From Calcarisporiella thermophila CBS 279.70 (lineage: Eukaryota; Fungi; Calcarisporiellomycota), in NCBI RefSeq assembly GCF_041956535.1, contig NW_027192204.1, forward strand, positions 499,140 to 563,139: a DNA stretch of 64,000 nucleotides, given 5' to 3'. Below the pieces are notes generated by a model. It did no database searches and was not told the origin of the DNA. It saw only the letters and a program-made list of their open reading frames with translations. Below are positions 12,392 to 25,104 of the stretch, one piece after another. Numbering within the stretch: the stretch's first letter is position 1; each line of letters opens with the position of its first letter. Made by a program: the position numbers and the translations under genes.

Positions 12392-14457
12392 TCAGCTCGA
12401 GGCTGGAGAGCGCCGCTCCCAAATCTACAGGAAGGTGAGCCGAGGATTAGCATGACTTTCTTAGAAGCCAGAGCGCCAACAGCCGCCACCGGATGTGCCT
12501 CTGGCAGCCGGCGCCGCTTACCTGAATGTAGCTTTCGGAGAGAAATATCATCTGTGGTAGGATCTCTTCCACATATAGGTCCTGGATCTGGTACCACTGC
12601 CCGGTCCCACGATGACGCACATGCACCTTGTAAACGCCTTCATTTATTTTGCCTTCATGAGTAATATTCGCGAGAAGGTCATATTGGGTCCCGAGCGTCT
12701 CCTGTTCTTTTGAAGCTTCGACAACTAGTGTTCGACAGACCAAAAAATCAGTGGTTGATGTTCTATCCTCAGCAACACCATCCCCGAGTTTCCAAAAAAA
12801 AACACTTACACTCTCGTAGGTCAACTCCTTTTATGGGAAAGTTCACGATGGTGTGATTCTTCTCCTGTGTCCAATTGTTCTTGTTGAATCTGCGGACGTG
12901 GAGGATGATATATTGCGGAAGCTGTAGGATCTGGTGCCGCTTTAATAATCCCGGAAGCTCATTTGCGGTGCGTCCGTCATATTTCTGAAGAAGAGAAGAG
13001 AGTAATACTTGGGGAATAATGTTACGCTCTTGATCGTCTTGGAAAAGAGGCTGTGGGGGTAAATCTAATGCCAGGAAAAGGAAGGGGGTTTCTTTGCCGG
13101 TGAATTCTACCATCAGGAATGCGAGTCTCAGCTTCAGTTAGAAGAGAAATATTCGGTATGGAAAAAAACCTCGATCCGCATCGAAAAATCTAGGTTCGCT
13201 CTCGTTCTTGCGCTCGTAATCGAGCGGAATCGACTGCGTCTCGACACGCACTACTCCTTGGAAGATTTTGTAAATGATACCTGCATCAAAGGCCGTGTTA
13301 ACTGTTTGCATGGATACTCAATCCAGATATATAGCCTAGACTTACTGCTATTTTTCTTGCGAGTGCCACCCAGATCTCTATGTAGCGCGTTTAAGAACCA
13401 AGAAAGTAGCTCGATCGGGTCGCCTTGTTCAGTGAGCTTGAATTTTTTATTGCTGACATTGGAGATTTCCTGGAGAAGCTCGTGTGGGCTAACTTGACCC
13501 TTAAACGCCTTAGGGTTCCATATCTTTCGAACAAGGGTTGCAAATCGTTGCACTTCAAAGCATCTCAATGAGTACACCTCGACGCGTGTAAATGCAAAAT
13601 TTTCTAATTTGACTCACCTAGCTGCGATTTCTCCTCAAAGTTTCCCAAGATAAAAAAATCACGAAGGGGAGGAATATGCGCTAACGCCTGCACGACTACA
13701 TTAATATAGTCATTCGCCTTAATGTTATTTAGCCCAACAAAACCTATTAGAGGAAACATAGGTGCGCAATTAGCATGGATCCAATTAAACAGCCATTTTT
13801 CCTTTTTACCAGGCAAATATTTTTTATTGTTCAGGTCATAAGAGTATTTTACGTTGGAATCAAGTGCTGCGACCTGCTCTTTCGTGAAACTTGGTCGAAG
13901 GACATACTATAAGCAGAAATTAGATTCAGGTGGTCAATAGTTGAAGCAAAAACCCGTGCTTCCTTACTTTAATATCATCGAGAGACGAGTCAATAACTTC
14001 ATAGCCATCGGGCAAGATATACACCTGTTATTATAGAGGTTAAAATAAAGCAATAATGTCGTACCATTAATAGAGTTTGTAACCTTCAACGTGTCTAAGT
14101 TGATGAAGACGTGATGATCCTCGTGGATGCTGTGGAAATAAGCATGGGATGTCTTTCCTCTTCCTTTATAGAAAGAATTCACGTCAGCAAAAACCATGTT
14201 TGTCAAAGTGATGTTCCTCGACTACCTTGATAGTATTTCCCACACACTAAACATGCATATACATTGAGATTGGAGAGCGAAACGGAGCACACTTTTTCGA
14301 AATCAAAGTCAAGCATATTTCGATTCACCGTGTCCAGATATAAATCCCTTGAAACCGGGGCAGGAACGGTCCTACGCCGTTTAGTATCTTGATCTTCTGA
14401 GCCAGCTTCGGAATCTGGGCTGGGAGAGCGCTTTGAAGCGGATGGTAGCTCCGTCAT
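12392..14457 (-). CDS. SAD1: U4/U6.U5 tri-snRNP protein Sad1/USP39 (zf-UBP plus inactive USP domain)
   Basis: LYLDTVNRNMLDFDFEKVCSVSLSNLNVYACLVCGKYYQG, GFVGLNNIKANDY, WNPKAFKGQVSPHELLQ, QDLYVEEILPQMIFLSESYIQ|IWER. Confidence 0.93.
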
Positions 14458-14590
14458 TTCTGGTTCCCTTGACCTTAATCCAGTGATAATGAAAATATCC
14501 GTGTCTGTAACTTAAATGTGACTATTTGTGGCTTTAATGGAGAGGTTTTATTGTAGAGGAAAATACTGCTTGAAAAGAAACGACTTCATA

Positions 14591-15281
14591 ATGGTGCGCT
14601 TTAAGAATCGATGGATACTTTTTGAAGTCATATGGGAAAAGTCACTGGTTGACTCCACAGTTGACGGAAAGTACCTCCCGGCGGCCCAAGGGGACTTCGT
14701 ATTAAGCTCTCGTGACTTGATTGGGATGATTAAAGATGCTGTGTTGCATAATTTTGGCGATTATGGGCAAGGATGCGTGCAAAGTTCATTAAGCAGTATA
14801 TATATACCTAACGCCCATTTTAATGCAAATTCAAGCGTCAATTAAATAATTATTCTGCAGTTAAATATTTCTCAGCCCACACGAATATTGGTATTCTCCG
14901 CGTCAGTCGAGACCACTTTCGAATGGCTTGGGGTGCACTCACGTTTATTAAGCAGATATGCGGGCGACAGTGCATGATACGAGTTATTCACAATGGAGGT
15001 AAATAATAAGCGGGAGCTTGTGTCAATGAAACTATTTGTTAAGCTCTTTATCTGAACATTTTTCATCGCTAGGCACAATAAAGAAATGTCAACATGCAGC
15101 CATAGAGTATGATAGAGAGCAAATTCTGGCGCTAGCAAAGCGCCACGAGTCCAAAGGTAAGCGCCCGCTCAGTTGGAGCATTTGGGCTTCCTCTGATCGT
15201 GCACAATGGATAGGTCGCAACTTCCCCTCAGATCAGCTCCTCATAGAATCGAAGAATCATATTATGTCCATAGAGAATTAA
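14591..15281 (+). CDS. POP5: RNase P/MRP subunit Pop5
   Basis: MVRFKNRWILFEV...NFGDYG...IKYFSAHTNIGILRVSRDH...VIHNG|GTIKKCQ (Rpp14/Pop5 signatures). Confidence 0.88.
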
Positions 15282-15517
15282 GTTTAAAAATTAATCGAGC
15301 CGAATCTTCTGCGCCGCTAATCCTAGGGTCTCACCATAATTATTTTTGTCTTTCTGTGCGTTTATTTTGACTTTTTTCACTATCAGCCAAATAACAAATA
15401 TTCAACTGTTGCATCTCTAATTTATTTATAAAGAACATTCAGTATTTCGAAGATCTTTCAGAAGATAAACACTTTTTCTTTGGCTGAATATAAAGAAAAA
15501 TAAATATCGCGATTTCA

Positions 15518-17090
15518 ATGGCAGCACGGCCGCCCCGACCCTCTCCCTCTCCACGTGCACAAAAACCCATCTCCAAGATTCGGCTCGCGCGCCTGTTACG
15601 CATGCCGGATTCTGACGAAGATACAGACATAGACCCCCGAGACTCCGTACTTTTCCATCAATTCCGCATCGTCGACTCCCACCCTAGGAATGTACGTGGC
15701 CCTCCAGGTGAAAGAGGGGAACGAGGACGTGGGCTAAGACAAGGAGGGATGGTTAGGCAGTCCGGTGAGATCCCAAGGAATCTCGGACCTGATCGTGGAA
15801 GGGGACGTGGAAATCCTCCTCCAACTCGTGGTATGGCTAAGAAATCATTTTATAAATGCAATTTATCCATTCATGATTTCGATTGGCAATTGTACAGGGA
15901 AAGGGAAACCTGATGCGAATATTGGTAGAAGGCCGCAACATTCGGACTCGGAAGAGGAGGAGGAAAATGATTCCGACAGCAAGAGTGAGTCGGAATCTGA
16001 AGATTTCCCTATAGCAACTCTAAGTAAACAGCAGAAACCTTCTACTCCTTCAACATCAAACAGTAGCCATCATTTTTAGCTATTTATTATGTAAGATGAA
16101 TAGTTTGCTAAATTTATTCTCTTTTTTTGCGTAGATGAGAACATTCGTCCCACGTCTAGTCAAATAGCATCTAACTCCAAGCCTATAGATTTTCTTCCTC
16201 AGATTGGCTCATTAAATCTTGCAAGTAGCAGTAAATCCAGCGATGAAGATGGTGGTGATGCCGCAAGCGAAGAAGATCAAGAATCCCTTAATCGTATCGG
16301 CAAAATACCCACTAAACCTCCCTCCTCTGGCTCTCAAGAACAGCCTACATCTCGCTTGCAACAACAGAACCTCACTTCAATTAAGCACACTGAAGATCCC
16401 ACACCTTCCATTGCCAATATGCCAAGTAATATGTACAGTGCAAAAATGGCATCTATTGATCGATGGCGACAGAGTATAGTGCATGACACTGCAGCAGTAG
16501 AGCCTCCTCCTTTGGCTGAAGAAAAATCTTCAACAGAGGAGAGTGAAAGATCTCTACCAACAACTAAACCGTTGCCATCCGGAGCGGCCGGGGGAATGGT
16601 TCGACAACATCCTCCTCAGCCATTACAACAGCAGCAGCAAAGATCGTCTATGCTACCTGTCTCTATGGGAGGCATATCACCAACTGGGTATATGGCACCG
16701 GCGAATTCTCGCTTATCGATGCAAATGCCGATGGGAATGGACCCGAGACGTTTGACAATGATGAGCTCATCGCCCATGGTGGGGCAATTTCCGATGATGA
16801 TGGCGCCTCAGATGATGGGTGCAGCACCCGTTATGGGAGGGAGGCCAATGAGCAGCTTAGGCATGGGTGGAATGAGCAGTATGAGTAATGCAGGCGGCAT
16901 GGGTTACGATTCTCACGCAGCACCCCATATGTCTCAACGCCCAGGTAGTGGGGGGAGGAAGATATCGCCACATGCAGCCAGAGTTAGCAATACTGGGCAG
17001 CCAAGGCTGATGAAGGAGGGAAGCGGGGCAAGAAGGGCATCGGGAATTAGCCCAAGGAGAGGCCCCCCACCCGTGTCGAAGGGGTTCTAG
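15518..17090 (+). CDS. Low-complexity, probably disordered protein of unknown function (about 3 exons)
   Basis: Three consecutive ORF segments with GT-AG junctions; RG-rich N-terminus, acidic Ser stretch, SIDRWRQSI motif, Met/Gly/Pro-rich C-terminus. Confidence 0.6.
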
Positions 17091-17648
17091 CAATATTCTA
17101 TACAAATATATATAAGCGTGTGCTGCCTTGATGTTCTCCTATATTTACTCTTTGCATTACTCCTTTATTTACTCCCTTCTACTTAGCATATCTTCCCAGC
17201 TCTAGTCCCATATTTTTATGTTTATATATTTATAGCATTTTTATTTGTCATGTTATTACTATTTCAGCGCCGGCTTTATTTTCTTCGGCCTTAATAAACG
17301 AAGCGAGTATGTGTATCATTACGGAAGGGGACTGTTTTCATCCTTGCGTCTGGGAAGTCGCAGCGTCCGGACAGCTTCTTTTTTGTTAAGCACTCAAGGT
17401 GTCATCCGCAAGTTTAATGGAAAAAACACCCGAGTTTAATTGATGAGGAGGTAATTTTGGGCTGCGTATTTGCCTAGATATCATTTTTACGTTTGTACGC
17501 GCAAGCTCAAAGTTTCACGCGTACTTTTTTTCCTTCCTCTACTTCACAGAGGGCCCACTTCTTTTTTCTCTTGCTCTTGTTCTCTCGCTCGCCGGCCTAC
17601 TTTAGTCATCAAATATAGAGCATCTACAAGATATTGCTGAGACAAGAG

Positions 17649-20600
17649 ATGATGTGGAGCACAAACGAAGTGCACACCCTTGACTATGCCGCCAATCTCC
17701 CCTACGCCGCAGATCTTTCAGGAGAGGCCGAGGCCATGCTAAAGGAAATTGTGCTGAATCTCTCTGCGTGTGTTCAGGTTGGAGATTGGGCACCCGGGTG
17801 TGTAATGTGGGTCAAGCGACTAAACAGGTCTGAAATGGAATTTGGCCCTCAGCACTAATGCCTCCTTAGCATACTAATTAAGACGCATGATCGCAGTTAT
17901 CTAGATCTCAAGCATTTGCCGCCACGGCCCGTGAGAGCTCAGCTGGCGAGATTGCTATACGAATTGGCGACCACTCCCGGAGTCGATCCGCCAGTCGTGC
18001 AGATATTCGCTAATGCTTGCGCGCGATTAATAAAGTAGCCATTTCCTGACCTCTTTCTCCTCTTACTTCTCTTCTTTTCTTGCTTTGCAACGCACTGACC
18101 CTGTGATTACTACACTTAGGAACAAGAAGCGATTGGGACAATCAGATCTTACCCTTCCTTGGAAGCCACTCTACACTGCTATAGAGCATCTCTTTTTCAA
18201 GAAACCCCCTCGTTATATTGGACCTGAAATGTACATTAAAATACTCTTACACCTAGGTTCTATAAGCTTGATATCTTACACGCATCGTTTTTGTGTATTT
18301 AGCCTAGGTAGTCTCGTCTCTTCGTTGATCCGTCTTGCAAATGCGGCCGAAAGATTCTACCCCCCCACCGCCACCCCTCAGGCTCTTGCCGAATTCCTTC
18401 CAATGTTTTATCTAGGAGATATTTCCCTTATGCTAAGAGCCCAAAGCCTGCTTGTACTCTTCTTGCCAAAATCCTCGTTTCCTTCCGATCCAGATGCCTC
18501 CCCGCAACAATGGCTCCCGACCATATTTCGGCTATGGAGCACTGTAACACACTCCACTGCATTTGATGCGCAATTTATTGCACTAGTAGCGGCGGTCGCT
18601 AAACGGAATGTGGGAGTGCCGAGTGAACTTGGCTATAGCCAACCTTTTGGACTGTTTTCGAACAAACAAGTTAGATGGGTTTTCTCTGCTGGGCTCAAGA
18701 TGTTCCAGCTACAAGTCGGGAGCAGCATGAATGGGATGTCCACTGCAACTTATGGATACGATCATTTAACATTAACATCATCTGTTGGGGTGAAAGAAGT
18801 AAATAATACCCTCTTCGTCCCGATCCCTATATATTTTATACTAACCTGCTATTTTCTTGAAAGGACATCTTCCAAGCATTTGCTAAGTTTGTAGTCTACA
18901 CTATCTTTCCTGTTTCTTCCAACGAAGTAGAATGCACTATGAAACACCTCTCAAACTTAATCCAAGCCGTCGAGTCGTATTTCCATCCATCCAACAGTGG
19001 GAGGTGGACTTCGAACTTGACACGGTTTCTCTATGGTCTTGCCAATGAGTTCTTGGTTCGTTGGCGGAAGGAGCACGAGGATGTAAACTGCACCACTCCG
19101 AGTGAAAGAAGGCTGACCCCAGAGATCCGGCACGAGTTCGTTGCAACATTGAGAGGGATCACATTTTTGGGAATGTTTGGAAAAGACACGTCTGTGGTGG
19201 AGAATGTGCACAAGACCTTGAAATGCCTTGCTTGTAAGTGCCGTATTATCACTTGACTACTCATCGAACTAACCATTCTGTTTCGTATTTTAGGGCTCGA
19301 GCCGTCTCTGATCTTCCCAGGGCTCTTGGAGCGGGTGTATCCCTCACTAGAGACCCTTACTGAGGTAATTTGCCCGCTTGCCCATTATCAACTGTGTACA
19401 ATAATCGGAAACTAATGTAGTCTAATCAGACCCATAGGACAACCACATCAATTGCCTCCCTTGCCTTTGTTGCAAGGCCTCTTCTCGACCGTTCGCATTA
19501 CCCCGCGGGAGCCAAGCACCTCGTCCCTCTTCTCCAGCTTGTACTTCCTGGTTTGGATTTGAACGACCAGCTCAAAACATGGTATTCACTGATGTTCATT
19601 GCGTCTGCTGTGCTTACTGTGCCAATCTACGACCTTACAAGAACGGGAAGTGGTGGTGGTTCGCGCTACCAAGGGGTGGATATTGACGCACGGGAGGGCG
19701 AATTGATGCCGGTTAGTAATGAGGAGGAAGACGCTCTGGTGAAAGCCAGCACTGGAGGCTTTGAAGAATGGCTCGCAAACTTTTTAAGAAGGGTATTTGC
19801 TATACTTGAAAATCTTCCTCAAGATCAATTTGAGGGGAGTGGGAGCGGAAATGTTGAAGGTGAGATTCTGCGCGTGCTGACGACCACCTGTGACCTCTTG
19901 GCGCCCCAGTTATCTCAGGAGCTACACGAGTTAGCGCTACGAATGATTGTTGGCTTTGTTTCTAGTAATGTGATTTCGAATGCAATAAGAGCAATTGGAG
20001 ATATTTGCGAGGCTTTCACTACGCCAGATCCAGCCAAGGCTCTTCGCCATTTCCTCCCACTGTGCCGCTCGAACATTATACTCGAGCTTTCCCATGGCGC
20101 GGCTTCAATGCCTACCCTTTCAACGACACAGGCAGTACACTCTGACACAACGCTGCATTGGTACCAGGCTATTCTCTCTCGAGTTGCGAATTATGCGGGG
20201 AAGACTGCACTTGAGTACAAAGCGGAATTAATAGAGGTGCTAAAAGAAATGCTGGGCAAATGCAAAGCAAGGAGAGGCTATATGTGGGCAAGCGAGTGTT
20301 TGCTGAATCTCTTGGCTTCGATGACGAGCATTTATCCTACTGATTATCGGAGCCTTGATTCCGAGTCGTGGGCTCAGCGGGAACTGTTTTCAGATCATCA
20401 TCGGTTCTGGGGTAGCGTCGGTAACCCAGAAAGACCCAAGATCCAATGGCATGTCCCATCCTCTGCCGAAATCGACTATGCATTGGAACTACTGGATCTA
20501 TTTTTGAAGCCAAGTTTGGCACGTCTAAGGGATTTAATTGAGCATAGGGTTCTACCCGGCAGCTCTAGAGATATTACAGTAGAATTCTGTCTGCATTTGA

Positions 20601-23600
20601 CGGTAGTGAATAGTTGTTTGCTCGGCACATCCACCCTGATCCCAGAGGATGGATCTGAGGAAGATGGGGGGAGTCAAATGGAGATTGACGAGTACGTATA
20701 TTTACTTTGCGCAGTATAGGGTTTCGTTCACTCATCCCCCGTTGTATTTTATTTGATTTTAGTGATGAACTTACGCCTGAATATTACGAAGCTAAGCGCC
20801 TCTCCGCTGGATACTGCTTGATCAACCCAACTGATCCGCGCTACCAAACAGTCCGACACTTATTGCGCGAAGTAGGGGACACCTTACGCGAACTTTCAAG
20901 ATATTTCCGAACTAAGCGAGAGGACGACGTTGAAAGCCTGAAATTGGTGATCAAGGTCATACCATTGAGGGGATTAGCAAATCTCTTGCATGTTTGGCTA
21001 ATAGGGATTGAACTTTAGACCATAGGAGTGTTCTTGTCTAATCGAGGCGTTGCTCGGGCGGAATATGAAGCACAGAAGCAGATGTATGAAATCACAAAAA
21101 AGCATATCAAGGCGCCAGAGGACCACAAGCGTTATCCTCGCGGCAATCTAGTGAAGCGTATGCAAGTATATCACTTGCTTCGTCTACGGCTGAATGCACA
21201 CAATCGGAAACGTACCAGATTACATGACGATTTGTTGCTAGAGCTTACCGAGCTTTCTCTGAGCACATATGCTGAAATTCGGAAAACATCGCAATCCATG
21301 CTGATAGTATCCGGAAGATCGTTTTTAGGCGCAAAGCCAAAGGTGTTGCCATACTGTCTCGACGCACTAATGCCCAATGAGCATGACACCGGCGCAAAAC
21401 GCCTAAAGGGTGCGCTCTATTTACTTAGTAACAAATCATTCCTGCATACGTGCATTCGAGATTGGAGGTTTGTTCCACAGTTCCTAGTGAATTTATGCAA
21501 AGCCCAGCACAGCGACAAGGTAAGCCTCCCCTAGCTCAGAATACAATAGGATTAGCTGAAACTGGTTTTTTATTATTTCATTTAGCCTTCGGTTCAAAAG
21601 ATGATACAAGTTGTAATGATCAACTCAGTTATGAGCTATTACGACCCCTCCTTTGTTGCCACTCCGACTGCAGTGTTAGCGGAGTTTGCAGAACAGCTTG
21701 AGAAAGATGTTCTATCTGACCCCAATTTCAAACTTGTAAGTAAAGATATGGCGAAAGTAAAACGCCGTACAGAAAAGAAGCGCAATGCGGTCATCAAACT
21801 AGAGCAGACTCTCCTCGAGGTTGCAAGTGACCCGTCCGCGCATTGGCGCTATATCCTCATGGCAACTACCTTTTTGTCTAACATCCAAAGACCCGAGATT
21901 GCGCCCAGTGAAACTTGCGCAGCTTTTGCTGCAGATAGCATGATATCTGAGATCCGGAAACAGCGAGAGCTGGGTTTTGTAATGTTAGGCGGTGTGCTAC
22001 TGAGGATTAAGCAGAGGACACTCGCAAAAGGAGACGAGCGGTTAATAGCCTCGAACAGGCTGAGGAACCCGTTAAAACGAGAGGTGGCCACCCCTGTTCC
22101 ACTTCCTGACGACTTCACCGAGAATTTCTTGAAAGCGGCTCAGATGGAGACGACTTTAGAGAATGCCTCTGCCGTGTAAGTGTTGCCGGCCCATTTCTTT
22201 ATTGCTGTTTTTGGTCCTCCTAATTGGATATTATCTAGTGAATATGTGGATAAAACCTATATCGGATGGTATGTTTGGCCAATCACCTATGAAGTCTATG
22301 ATGTGTGCACGAATCAAGTCATCCTTTCCGACATTGAAACGGCTTGTGAGCCTGCCTTTAACCGTCTGCGATCCTCGCTTTGCAGCGAAGAGTGGTGGAA
22401 TCGTCTCTCCACTTACACGTCTCAGGAGGCTGCATTTAGCCGAGAGGAGCATTTCAAGCAAGAAAACGCGCGCCTATACAAGAAAATATTCCAGCTCTTT
22501 GGGGAGGAGGCATTGGAAGCTTCGAAACCTTCTCTTATTAAACTGTGCCGTGCCACCGATCAGAAATCGCACCAGCGTGCGGCTGCAGAGCTAATGGCCG
22601 GAATTATACGTGGATGCAAGCATTGGAACTTGGAGAAGATTGCTCGAATGTGGTCGTTTGTTATACCGCTACTGCGAGAGACTCTTGCGGCTGTGAATCC
22701 GGACACAATTGGCCACTGGAATTATTTCTTCAAGAACACGTGTCGCAACCGTGATCCTCGTCGCCTACGCCCACTTATTGAGCTCATATATGGAATGCGA
22801 TTTGATCCAACATCTCATGCTGCTTTTACTGAATCAGCGAAACTGACGCTAAGGTCCTCTATGCTGCAGACTCTGTCGTGGAGACTTCTCCCGGCGTCGT
22901 TGCCCTTACTCGACCAAATGCTCGAGAATGTGCAACACCCTTACAAGCAAGTTCGTACCGCCATCGCCAATAATATCCGGCGATTACACCAAATGCAATG
23001 GAATCCTTCTTATGCCTCCGTGGCCGCTCTGGTGGAGGAAAACAAAATGCGAAATGGCGAGGGTTTGGGGGTTGGAGGGCTGGAACTAAGAATTGAGATT
23101 CGAGAGCGCATGGATGAGCTCTTGAGCCAGTTGGCTACGTGGCGATCCGAGCGAGTGACTCCCGGCTCAGACTATGTCAATGCGAGCAAAACGATTCTTA
23201 CTTGGATATTAGATGCCATCCAGGGATTGTCCGCGATTACCGTCTACCCCATCGTACTCTCCCTGCTCCCTGAACTGTTTCACATGCGCGAAATAGCGGA
23301 TGACCCAGACCTGCAGTCACTCGCAACCCGTACATTTAACGCGGTAGCTGCTTCAAGCTATCCCCCTGATCTAGTAACACCCTTCCTTGATACTCTAATT
23401 CGTATCCTGACGGAGAATAAGAACTGGCACATCCGTGTGAAATCACTGCCGGTGCTGCAGGTCTTTTTCTTCCGGCACTTGTTCCTCTTTAACCGAGAGC
23501 AGATGGTGTGGGTTACGGACGTGGTCGGCCGTTTGTTAATGGACGTACAAGTGGAAGTAAGACAGCTTGCCGCTGTGACGCTTTCGGGTCTCATCCGATG

Positions 23601-23994
23601 CTCACAACGGGATGCTATTGATGGCTTGAGGGCGCGATTCAGTAGATTGCTAGAGACTCCTCTCCCCTCTCGGAAGCGTTTGAATTCGACGGAGCGTGCC
23701 TCCACCCCTGTTGGATTTCACGAAGCTCTACTGCGTCGCCATGCAGGCGTGTTGGGTCTCTCCTGCTTGGTGCAGGCCTTCCCCTATGAAGTCCCCGAAT
23801 GGATGCCTGCGGTGCTGGTTCAACTTGCTGGTTGCATCACGGACCCCGCGCCCATCCAAGCAACGGTGCGCAAAACTTTTGCAGATTTTAGACGCACACA
23901 CCAAGACACTTGGCACGAGCATGTGCTGCAATTCACAGAAGACCAACTGTCGCTGCTGACCGATTTGTTAATATCGCCATCGTATTATGCCTAA
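17649..23994 (+). CDS. BLM10: Proteasome activator Blm10/PA200 (PSME4)
   Basis: ESYFHPSNSGRW, LETLTE|THRT, HQRAAAELMAGIIRGCKHW, RDPRRL, RRHAGVLGL...PYEVPEWMP, FRRTHQDTW, and the C-terminal SPSYYA (HbYX) end. Confidence 0.95.
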
Positions 23995-25104
23995 CGAATT
24001 CTTTTTATCGACTACTTTTATATTCTCTTCTCAAATCTTAGGTTTTTTTTTTTTCTATTAACTTTTCTTGCATAACCTTCGCCCTCTTCCCTCTCACCCA
24101 TTCTCATACTTATGGCCTTGTCATATTTCGTTTGTTTTTAGAATCCTAGTATAGTTTTCTTTTCCATCTCCTCATAATGAAGGACTTTTCGAATGCCTAT
24201 TCTAACTGCACTAAACTCTCACCGCGTAATCATATTAACAAGTTTGGAGGGCTATCACAGGCATAGAATGCGTGCTCCGGAAGATGAGCAAGGACTTGCA
24301 GCGACTGGATTTCAGCGGTCATTATGTAGACATCTCGCATTATTCAAACTAAACCCGCGTGTTTTCGTATCAATCGGGTATTAAGGAACGTTCTCTAAAC
24401 TTAATGTTCCTTAGAGAGAGGACTATTTGCTTTCCGCCTGCAAGATATTCCGCAGGCTTTTTGATGAATAAAATTCCTGGTGTTAAGCAAAAACCGGTGT
24501 GTACGGTGGACTTTAGTCCACAACATTAGGGTGAATGACTCTTCCGAAACAAAGCAGAGGCTGCATAATAACCAGTTTTCCGATGACACATTTCATAATT
24601 CAAATGAATATCGCAGATAATCGCAAAGTACCAAAACGAGACGACCTGGTCTACAATGTAGGAGAGTGGCCCCCTTCATCTTCTCCGTTAGCACTTGATG
24701 AATTTTTAAATATTACTACAAGGATGGCTGAGTAGAGATAGACACCTGAATTAAAAACAAACAGGCTAGCGCAGTTCGATTAAAAACGGATTAAATAGAG
24801 TAATACAAACAAAATATCGATTGGAACCGAAAATTAGTGATAGCTTAGATTTTCATTGTAATATCGAGATTTCATCGCCCAAGCTATTAATATTTTCGTG
24901 AGAACAAATTTGGAGTATTTTTAAATAAAGTTTAGAACCTAACCTAGCTAATTAATATTACCATTTTCTTCCGCGAGATCCTAAGGTCTCGACAGGTTAT
25001 GTTTTCCTTTTATTATTGCTTCTACTGTTAACTATACTTTTCCTTTATTTACACTAGTTATAATATTCAACTATATACCCTTAGTGAACATTAATGTCGG
25101 AGCT

